Shown piece after piece: positions 21,329 to 28,865 of a stretch of DNA of 64,000 nt. The notes beneath the pieces are model-generated. The model did not search any database, was not told where the DNA came from, and saw nothing but the letters and a program-made list of their open reading frames with translations. Source of the stretch: Gammaproteobacteria bacterium (lineage in GTDB: Bacteria; Pseudomonadota; Gammaproteobacteria; GCA-001735895); contig JBNKPX010000002.1 in assembly GCA_050295575.1 (NCBI GenBank), forward strand, positions 1,817 to 65,816. The letters are read 5' to 3'. A program made the position numbers and the translations under genes. Each line of letters opens with the position of its first letter. Within the stretch, counting starts at the first letter, position 1.

Positions 21329-22336
21329 TTACTCGTGATAATCCGACATCAGATAGCATAGACAGTCCTGTCTAATGACATATTTATCCATGGTGATCAT
21401 AGCTGGCATAAGGATTTTATTCAGATACACCTTCCCCTCTTCAATACGCATGATGTCATCGGTGACGTCTTCCCCCTGTTGATTGGTAATCAGCATTGGT
21501 CGTTCAACGCGGGTATAGGCAAATACATCTCCTGGTTTAATTTCGGTAAAATTCTTCCGGTCAAAACCCTGTTCAAAAGTCAGGTCTGCCTGTGCAGACA
21601 AATTAAATTCAAAACTCACCTCGTCAGGGATATTCACGGTCACCTGCGATTGCACCAGTTGTAAGTCATGTGCTGGCACAGGCCGTTGTGGAAAATGGTC
21701 CAGATGTAACAGGGCATCGAGTAATTCAGCCGCATGCTGAATACCAAACTCCTCACCGGGCCGCCCACATTCAAGCGTGAGCGCTGGACATATGCCATTA
21801 AACGCCATAGTAGACACACCTTTGGGCATTTCAAAATACAGTGCTATATGGTTAAACATGGCCGCCATATACTGGTTTTCATCGGTGACATCGGTCATAC
21901 CGGCGTAATGCGGGTTGACGCCATTATTATTGTGCAGGTCTATCGCGGCAAACAGTGGCTTTTTGCCAAGCTCGTCAACTACAGTCCGCATCATGTCTGT
22001 CATCGCACTGGCTTCTAATTCGGTACCTGGCCAGCACCTGTTAAAGTCAGTCTGTCTCGGAAGTACACGCATATTGGCTTCTGCAGCTTCAACATTACCT
22101 ACAAAAAAACTCAGCGATCGCGGTAAATGATCAGGATACTTTTGTAACAGTAATTGCAGTGATTTGAGACCCGAATACTCATTACCATGCAGCAGGATAG
22201 AGACGAACAGGACATCCTGCTTATCACCTGTTAACTGCACCAACGTGGGCTTTGGAAATACACTTCGAATATTACTGATTTCAGCGTCAAAAAATCCATC
22301 AGGTAGATGGTCGATGATAGAAAAACTTTCACTCAT
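21329..22336 (-). CDS. succinylglutamate desuccinylase/aspartoacylase (AstE/AspA, M14-like) family hydrolase
   Basis: 335 aa. Zn-site pattern ILLHGNEYSG ... DLHNN typical of the family. Confidence 0.78.
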   Translation of the reverse strand: MSESFSIIDHLPDGFFDAEISNIRSVFPKPTLVQLTGDKQDVLFVSILLHGNEYSGLKSLQLLLQKYPDHLPRSLSFFVGNVEAAEANMRVLPRQTDFNRCWPGTELEASAMTDMMRTVVDELGKKPLFAAIDLHNNNGVNPHYAGMTDVTDENQYMAAMFNHIALYFEMPKGVSTMAFNGICPALTLECGRPGEEFGIQHAAELLDALLHLDHFPQRPVPAHDLQLVQSQVTVNIPDEVSFEFNLSAQADLTFEQGFDRKNFTEIKPGDVFAYTRVERPMLITNQQGEDVTDDIMRIEEGKVYLNKILMPAMITMDKYVIRQDCLCYLMSDYHE

Positions 22337-22357
22337 TAATACATTTACCAGTTATCT

Positions 22358-23776
22358 TCAAGATGCAGGCCACTGATGAACAGGAATATTCTTGCGCGCA
22401 TGTTCCATATACTGCTGGACCAATTTTGAAGTATCAGAATGTTTGCACCAGTAATCCTGCATCCATTTGGCACCAGTCTGACCTGTAATCGTTCGTTGTT
22501 GAATAATATCGATCCATTGATCCACCTGTTCAATACCCAAATTGATCAGGCCCTGATGAGCTATCGGAATCGCATACTTTAAAAGAATTTGCTGCATACT
22601 GCCCATTTTACCATTACACCAGGTCACCTCAGCATCCAGTCCCTCTCTGGCCACACGATAAAAATCCTTCTCCAGACTGGCATAGGGAATCTGGGTTAAT
22701 TGCTGTGACTGCATTCGTAAACCTTCGGTTAACCCTACATAGAATGCCATATTCGCCACTGTATCAATCAGTGTTGGTCCAGAAGGTGCAACTCGTAATT
22801 CCAGACGAAGGTGATAGTTATTGCTGGAATCACATCCTAAAATAGGACGGACCCAACGCCAGATAGTGCCATTATGTAGATTGAAGTGGTGCAGATCTTC
22901 AACAGGGCTCTCTATCACCTCAGGTAGAATTGGACTGTAATAGCCATTGTCTTCGAACAAATCCAGAAAGGAACTGATATAACCTTTTGATAGATGCACT
23001 CTGGGAACAATGCCTTCACGAATTTCCTGCGGGTTTCGTGTATCTACCGATTGCTTAAAGATAGCGATACGGGATTCCTGCCAGCAGGATTTACCCAATA
23101 CAAGCGGTGAGTTAGCACTCACCGCAAGCATCGCCATACTTGACCATAAAGCGGCATGGTAACTATCTACCGCTTCTTTATAAGGGACCTGTAGATGGAC
23201 TTGCAGCGATGTACCCAGTGCCTCTAGCATAACATCGCTGCGTTTTACCTGAAGATGATCTGCGCCATGTATCTGCAGTCGAACCTGCTGTCCTCGCATA
23301 CTCATCAATTGTTGATTCAATAGTCTATAGCGAAACATATCGGACATATAAAGTTCGCTATCCAGGTGTTCCTGAGCAAGGCTGGGTAACACACCAAACA
23401 ACCCTGGCTGAATATTCAAATCGTCAGTAACCTTAACGATCTGCCGATAGAGCTGATCAAGATCTTGCTGTATGTTTTGCAATACCAGCGCATCAACATC
23501 AAAAGCATGCCCATTAATTTCCAGGTTATAGCGCGCCAGCTCGTAGGTGAATAATGGGTTATCAGCCTGTTGTAATACCTGATGATTCAAACCAACTGGT
23601 TTACCCTGAAGGTCCAGCAGGCAGAGCTCCAGCTCGTAACCCAGCCGTCTGCTCGATTTATCAAAGCGCTGTTCGGTAAATAACTGACGTACAAAATCCA
23701 TTTCCTCAGCCAGCTTTTTTTCAAAGCGCTGATAGTCTCTAGTGCTGAAATGATCCTTGCTAACTTCATCGCCCAT
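22358..23776 (-). CDS. glutamate--cysteine ligase-family (carboxylate-amine ligase) protein
   Basis: About 472 aa from MGDEVSKDHF. Overall GshA-like pattern (YELELCLLD..., ...YNLEINGHAF..., RIAIFKQSVDTR). Assignment by resemblance only. Confidence 0.6.
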   Translation of the reverse strand: MGDEVSKDHFSTRDYQRFEKKLAEEMDFVRQLFTEQRFDKSSRRLGYELELCLLDLQGKPVGLNHQVLQQADNPLFTYELARYNLEINGHAFDVDALVLQNIQQDLDQLYRQIVKVTDDLNIQPGLFGVLPSLAQEHLDSELYMSDMFRYRLLNQQLMSMRGQQVRLQIHGADHLQVKRSDVMLEALGTSLQVHLQVPYKEAVDSYHAALWSSMAMLAVSANSPLVLGKSCWQESRIAIFKQSVDTRNPQEIREGIVPRVHLSKGYISSFLDLFEDNGYYSPILPEVIESPVEDLHHFNLHNGTIWRWVRPILGCDSSNNYHLRLELRVAPSGPTLIDTVANMAFYVGLTEGLRMQSQQLTQIPYASLEKDFYRVAREGLDAEVTWCNGKMGSMQQILLKYAIPIAHQGLINLGIEQVDQWIDIIQQRTITGQTGAKWMQDYWCKHSDTSKLVQQYMEHARKNIPVHQWPAS

Positions 23777-24191
23777 AATGCACACCCAAAAATCGTGCAG
23801 ATCGATGCTGCAATTTACATGCAAAGATAGTTAATGTTAAGAAAATCATAAACGCCATCTTTAAAACCCTCATCCCCCCAGGCCAGATTCCTTTATGCTG
23901 CATACGATTTGACTTAGGCTTAAATATTTATGTCATTGATGGCTATGATATACCCATTTTCCATATTTCTTCTACATGCCTTTAGAGATCCTTTATCCCA
24001 AGCGAGGGATTAAGGTGGCATAAAAGGGTTAATTTAACGAATTGCCTGGTGACTTTAAACAATTACTAGCCCTGGCATGATTACCATAGCTTTATTATCT
24101 ATGCTTGCAATACCTGCCCGCCTAACTGATTTGGATAAAGCGAGAACAGACTTTTTAATAGATATCTGAGTCATTTATCGTAGGTGGAATT

Positions 24192-24252
24192 AACCACGAA
24201 GGGTACGAAGATTAATAGATTATTTCTTCATGCTCTTCGTGTGCTTCGTGGT
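24192..24252. repeat. compact hairpin copy of the AACCAC-type repeat family
   Basis: AACCACGAAGGGTACGAAGA (24192-24211) faces TCTTCGTGTGCTTCGTGGTT (24233-24252). Same AACCAC...GTGGTT termini and short internal tandem units as the element at 20465-20608. Confidence 0.7.
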
Positions 24253-24283
24253 TATATTAAATACCCCTTGAGTGCACTACAGG

Positions 24284-25603
24284 TTAACGTTGCAGGAGTT
24301 TAATGAAATCAGTTTCAGTTATAGGTCTGGAAAAGTAGAATCCCTGTCCGTAGGTTGCCTTATATTCATGTAAGATATCAACTTCACTCTTGAGCTCAAT
24401 ACCTTCTGCCACCACACTCATGCCCAGATCACGCGACATGTTAATCATCGACTTTACGATCTGTGTACTCTTATTACCACGCGCCATAGAACTAACAAAT
24501 GCCCGGTCTATTTTAAGTTTATCAAACGGTAGTAGATGCAGGTTACTGAAACTTGAATATCCTGTACCAAAATCATCTATCGCCAGGCCTACTCCAGACT
24601 CTTTCAACTCTCGCAATGCTCTTGAAATATACTCAGGATTCTCTATCAATACACTTTCAGTTACCTCAAACTCGATTCGATTCGGCCTGGCAGCCGTTCT
24701 TTGCATGATATCGGTGAGTTTCGGAATCAGCTTGGGATCATCAAATTGTTTTCCAGAAAGGTTTATGGCTACAAAAAAATTGTAACGAAACTGCTCGTAA
24801 ATACGATTCTGGAATCGGCATGCCTGCTCGGCTATCCAGTACCCCAAATCTATAATCAAATTATTTTTTTCTACCTGATTCATAAACTGTGAGGGCAGCA
24901 CTAATTCTCCAGATGGGTGATTCCAGCGTATCAGGGCTTCGCAGCCGACTATCCTGTTTCGAGCCAGTTCGATTATCGGTTGATAGTGCATCATGAACTC
25001 CCCATTCTCCACCGCCGACCTTAACAGCTTCTCCTCACTTAGCATGACCCTGGCAAATTCCATAGTGCCTTCGCTGACTGACGAGCTATTATTCAGTTGA
25101 GGGGGACTTTTAATAGCTGAATCGATACTATTTTGTAGATGGATATACTGCGCTGTCACATTTTGAAGTTCCATGGTCGGCGATGAATGCGCTTCAAACA
25201 GACCCTGGTCACTGACAGAAGCTAAGCTGGTGACAACTGTTCCCAGGCGGGTAGTCAAATCACGATAGCGTGTCATGACATGACGCAGGAACATTCTAAT
25301 GGTTGGATCCGACTGTTCAATCTTCTGGCGAAAGTAGTCGAAAGGAATTTCGGTAACCTCGGTAGTTACCATAGCACGTGCCGAGACGGTTCTAGGAAGT
25401 CGATCAATTAGAGATAATTCACCAAAAATATCTCCCTTGCTCAAGGCTGCAATAACCACCTCGTCACCATCACGGTCAAGCAGTAGCTCCACCATACCGG
25501 ACTCAATGATGTACGCACAATGACCAGGATCACCATCCTTGAAGATGTACTCCTGCGCAGTGAACCTGGTATGGGGGGCAAGTAAATCCATTGCTATATT
25601 CAT
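24284..25603 (-). CDS. cyclic-nucleotide-binding domain + EAL domain protein (putative c-di-GMP phosphodiesterase)
   Basis: N-terminal cNMP-binding pattern (GDIFGELSLID...PRTVSARA). C-terminal EAL domain with EALIRW, DDFGTGYSS and KIDRAF motifs. Start chosen at MNIAMDLL (25603). Confidence 0.9.
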   Translation of the reverse strand: MNIAMDLLAPHTRFTAQEYIFKDGDPGHCAYIIESGMVELLLDRDGDEVVIAALSKGDIFGELSLIDRLPRTVSARAMVTTEVTEIPFDYFRQKIEQSDPTIRMFLRHVMTRYRDLTTRLGTVVTSLASVSDQGLFEAHSSPTMELQNVTAQYIHLQNSIDSAIKSPPQLNNSSSVSEGTMEFARVMLSEEKLLRSAVENGEFMMHYQPIIELARNRIVGCEALIRWNHPSGELVLPSQFMNQVEKNNLIIDLGYWIAEQACRFQNRIYEQFRYNFFVAINLSGKQFDDPKLIPKLTDIMQRTAARPNRIEFEVTESVLIENPEYISRALRELKESGVGLAIDDFGTGYSSFSNLHLLPFDKLKIDRAFVSSMARGNKSTQIVKSMINMSRDLGMSVVAEGIELKSEVDILHEYKATYGQGFYFSRPITETDFIKLLQR

Positions 25604-25831
25604 CAAATTTCTTTGATCCCGTTTTCTAATGGGGCAGTAACCCCGCCACAATAATCTTTAAAATGCAAAATATTTAGTCGGCAGAATTCTCGACTACTAA
25701 AACACCAGACTAATATAACGTTTTTTTTTCGATACAACTAGATTTTGCTCATAGACAAGGCAATTAGAGAAACATTCAGCAATGGGGTATAGCTGCAAGT
25801 AATCTCGCAGCTAATTCATGCTGGGTAGATA

Positions 25832-26818
25832 TCAAGAAGGCAAAAACTCGATTGGATAGGTCACCGTTACCGGTTTGACATCCTTGCTACCAAAGTTGAA
25901 TGCCTTAATACGTTTGGCCAGACCGGACTCCAGACTTTTATCATTCAGGGCACTGGACACAATCACCAGATCAGTAACCTTACCACTGGCTGCGATGGTT
26001 ATGCGAAATATGATTTTACCCTTTAGCCCCGGGTTCTTACGTCTGGCACGATTATACAGACGCGTTAACTGTCCTTTATTCTGATCAAGGATCAGACTGA
26101 TTTCTTCCTCTGCACGTATTTGCCCGACAGCTGATTTTGTGGAGGTTTTTGCGCTAGCAAGCTTTGTTTTCTTACCTTTTGGAGTTTCCTGAGCAACCAG
26201 AGATTGTTTCACCTGGCTGATTTCTCGCTGTGATAGCCTGGTTGTACCACGGGCTTGAATTAATTGTTGATCAGCAACTCCCTGACTACCCTTGCCTGCA
26301 TCGGCAAGTAATAAGTCACGTGTTTTCTTTTTGGTGTCTACAACTGCTGCTCGGGACCCACCAGCCTGAACGGCTGCACCGACCATACTGCTAATAGAAT
26401 CCGTATCCATTAAATCTGATAGTTCATTGCTGAGTGCCAGCAGGCCACTATCAGCCGCCTTTTCACGCGCATTTTTTTGTGTTTGTGTTAAAGGCTTGTC
26501 GATCTTTTTGTCCTGAATCTTCTTAACGACAGGCTTAGGTTTTGGCTTTGGCTTAGGCTTGGGTTTTGGTTTGGGCTTAGGCTTGGGTTTTACAATTTTC
26601 GGCTGCGTCTTTTTTTTTTCGAGCAGGAAATTAGCGATACGAGGTGGTATTTTTACGTGAGCTTTTCGTTCAACAGGAGGCAGGTTGATCGAGGATAGAA
26701 TAAATGCAGCTGAAAACATCAGCACTACAACAACTACTGTAATGAGATGAAACCGACGATCAGCTGGACTTTGTAGTGACCAGTTTAATGCTAGTTCATG
26801 GTAACGATTCAAAGTCAT
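25832..26818 (-). CDS. TonB-like energy transducer with (KP)10 spacer and AgmX/PglI-type C-terminal domain
   Basis: 328 aa with an N-terminal TM anchor FHLITVVVVVLMFSAAFILSSI and a (KP)10 rigid linker. The C-terminal roughly 80 aa (GKIIFRITIAASGKVTDLVIVSSALND...VTVTYPIEF) has a TonB_C-like pattern. 4-nt overlap with upstream exbD. Confidence 0.8.
   Translation of the reverse strand: MTLNRYHELALNWSLQSPADRRFHLITVVVVVLMFSAAFILSSINLPPVERKAHVKIPPRIANFLLEKKKTQPKIVKPKPKPKPKPKPKPKPKPKPVVKKIQDKKIDKPLTQTQKNAREKAADSGLLALSNELSDLMDTDSISSMVGAAVQAGGSRAAVVDTKKKTRDLLLADAGKGSQGVADQQLIQARGTTRLSQREISQVKQSLVAQETPKGKKTKLASAKTSTKSAVGQIRAEEEISLILDQNKGQLTRLYNRARRKNPGLKGKIIFRITIAASGKVTDLVIVSSALNDKSLESGLAKRIKAFNFGSKDVKPVTVTYPIEFLPS
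26531..26590 (-). repeat. 60-nt hexanucleotide tandem repeat encoding (Lys-Pro)x10
   Basis: aggctt/aggttt/tggctt... units read directly. An A10 homopolymer (T10 on the plus strand, 26610-26619) lies 19 nt upstream in the same CDS. Confidence 0.95.
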
Positions 26819-27333
26819 CCTGCCTGACCTCGAGATGCTGCTTTCTGCATAGTTGCAAAAGCGATATGGGTGTAATTAACCTCACGACATGAGGCTAATA
26901 TCTTTCTTAACAATTGATAGGAGATTTCTTCATCACCCATAACAGTAATAGCTTTGCCAGTATCGGCCTGCTGTGTACCTTCAATAATAGTGGTTCTTGA
27001 CGACTGAAATGTTAACTCATCGACCAGCCCTTTGATGAGAATATCTTCTTTATCAATTTCATCGGCGATATTGGCGACTTCCCTGCCCTGTAAGAGGATC
27101 TTTTCCTTGTTGACAAATATTACCAGGGTTTCTTTTGGAGCCTGAGTTGCCACAGAGGTCGGTAAACGAATATCTTTTTTACTGGGTAGCTGTTGAACAT
27201 TAGATGAACTCACCAGCAGGAAGAAGACCAGAATAGTGAAAATATCCATCAAGGAAACGAGATTAAGCGCAGGTCTTTTACGCTGTTCGTGGTGCCTCTC
27301 CATGCGTTTTGCACGCTTTGACATCTTCATCAT
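26815..27333 (-). CDS. exbD: ExbD/TolR family protein (second copy)
   Basis: 172 aa. Basic N-terminus then LNLVSLMDIFTILVFFLLV TM, with a periplasmic ExbD-like domain. 4-nt overlaps on both sides. Confidence 0.85.
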   Translation of the reverse strand: MMKMSKRAKRMERHHEQRKRPALNLVSLMDIFTILVFFLLVSSSNVQQLPSKKDIRLPTSVATQAPKETLVIFVNKEKILLQGREVANIADEIDKEDILIKGLVDELTFQSSRTTIIEGTQQADTGKAITVMGDEEISYQLLRKILASCREVNYTHIAFATMQKAASRGQAG

Positions 27334-27863
27334 TGCTTAACTTCCTCAGTAGCCCCTGTATCCTCAGTCGCCTGAATATCAGGGGCATCACCTATAGAGA
27401 TATTTGGGAACAACTCTACAGTTTCCACATCAGTGACGTTTACCACATCAGCACTACGAACTCTATCCATAACCTGAATCAGTGTCCTGTAACTCACCTT
27501 GCGATCCAGCAACAGGGTTATATTCTGTTCATCTGGAAATCGAGATTTGATCTCAACCAGAATGTCGGTAAAGGCTTTCCAGTTTGTTTTATCATTATCA
27601 CGCGCCAGATACTTGATACGCCCCAGATTAGCATCTCGAATTTCAAAGCTATCAGGTGTTATCAATAATTCTAGCTGTAACTTTATCTGCTCCTGTTGGG
27701 CTGCTTTACTATTTTTGGATGGTAAATTGAGTTCCAGGATAGTAATGCGTGAAAAAACCGCAGTGATCAGTAGAAAAGGAACCAGTATCACCATTAAATT
27801 AAGAAATGCTGTGATATTGAGCTCCACAGTTTCCTTAACCATTTTTCTTCTGACCAACTTCAT
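27330..27863 (-). CDS. exbD: ExbD/TolR family protein (first copy)
   Basis: 177 aa. ELNITAFLNLMVILVPFLLI TM signature and a periplasmic domain. Confidence 0.85.
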   Translation of the reverse strand: MKLVRRKMVKETVELNITAFLNLMVILVPFLLITAVFSRITILELNLPSKNSKAAQQEQIKLQLELLITPDSFEIRDANLGRIKYLARDNDKTNWKAFTDILVEIKSRFPDEQNITLLLDRKVSYRTLIQVMDRVRSADVVNVTDVETVELFPNISIGDAPDIQATEDTGATEEVKQ

Positions 27864-27879
27864 CGTGCAATTAACCTGT

Positions 27880-28497
27880 CTATTCTTCGGATATCAGATT
27901 CAGGCATTTCACTGCCGCCATCTCGATGTTATCAACCAGACGGGCTGTTTTAGTGACTAGAAAAGAATGGATCAGAATAAGAGGGATTGCAGCAACCAGC
28001 CCAAATGCGGTGGTATTCATAGCTACTGAAATACTCGATGACAACAGGTCCGCTTTTTCAGCTGGATCGGCACCGGCAACTGCGGTAAATGCCTGGATCA
28101 GGCCAATGATGGTCCCAAGTAGACCTAACAGTGTAGCAATATTGGCAAAGGTGGCGAGATAGTGTGTACGTTCTTCCAGGTCAGGAAGCACTTCCATCAT
28201 TCCCTCTTCCATTGCCGACTCTATCACCTCTCTAGAGGCGTTGGCAGATTTACGTGCAAAGCCATAGTTCAGCATCACCGCTAGTGGTGTTTTTACAGTC
28301 TCAGTTAATTTAAGCGCACGATCATAATCCTGAGCTTTTAACATAGGTACAATCTGGCCCCATATTTTCTTGGTTTTACCCTGAGTTTGCATAATGAAAA
28401 TAAAGCGTTCGATAGCTATCGCCAGACCAAGCGCAAGAACCAACAGGATGGGATACATGAATGTACCACCTGTTTGAAAAAATTTAACTAGTTCCAT
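27880..28497 (-). CDS. exbB: MotA/TolQ/ExbB proton-channel protein
   Basis: 205 aa, three TM helices. C-terminal LLGLLGTIIGLIQAF...AMNTTAFGL motif of the ExbB/TolQ family. Confidence 0.9.
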   Translation of the reverse strand: MELVKFFQTGGTFMYPILLVLALGLAIAIERFIFIMQTQGKTKKIWGQIVPMLKAQDYDRALKLTETVKTPLAVMLNYGFARKSANASREVIESAMEEGMMEVLPDLEERTHYLATFANIATLLGLLGTIIGLIQAFTAVAGADPAEKADLLSSSISVAMNTTAFGLVAAIPLILIHSFLVTKTARLVDNIEMAAVKCLNLISEE

Positions 28498-28632
28498 GAA
28501 ACATCCTCGTGTTCAATCAAGTTACATAAAGGGGTGATAATTAATAAGATGGGGTGGAGTTTATTCATAAATTCTCTAAAGTCCATGTACGGAGCATAAA
28601 TGGCTTAAATATCAACGTATTAGTGCGTGATA

Positions 28633-28857
28633 TTATTCGTTATCCTGATTTCGAAGAAAAGTGATAGTCTGCATAAAAAGTGAATTTTTTTCATCTTCCT
28701 CACCGGTATCACCCTTTGCCTTAATGCCATTCATTTGAAGATCGATATTGTCCAGAATTTCTTTTCTTTGCCTACGATAATCTTCGAATCCTATATGATT
28801 CTGATAATAATCAATAGATAAATCTCTTAACACAGCAGAAATGCCTTTATCATCCAT
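28633..28857 (-). CDS. small cytoplasmic protein, function unknown
   Basis: 74-aa ORF starting 8 nt after the kinase stop, with a charged C-terminal half. No family recognised. Confidence 0.5.
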   Translation of the reverse strand: MDDKGISAVLRDLSIDYYQNHIGFEDYRRQRKEILDNIDLQMNGIKAKGDTGEEDEKNSLFMQTITFLRNQDNE

Positions 28858-28865
28858 ACTAAACC

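Noticed and set aside
26531-26590. Tandem repeat as a possible CRISPR or VNTR locus
   Set aside because: The 6-nt periodicity lies inside a CDS and encodes a (KP)10 TonB-type linker, with no spacers. No CRISPR array exists anywhere in the window.
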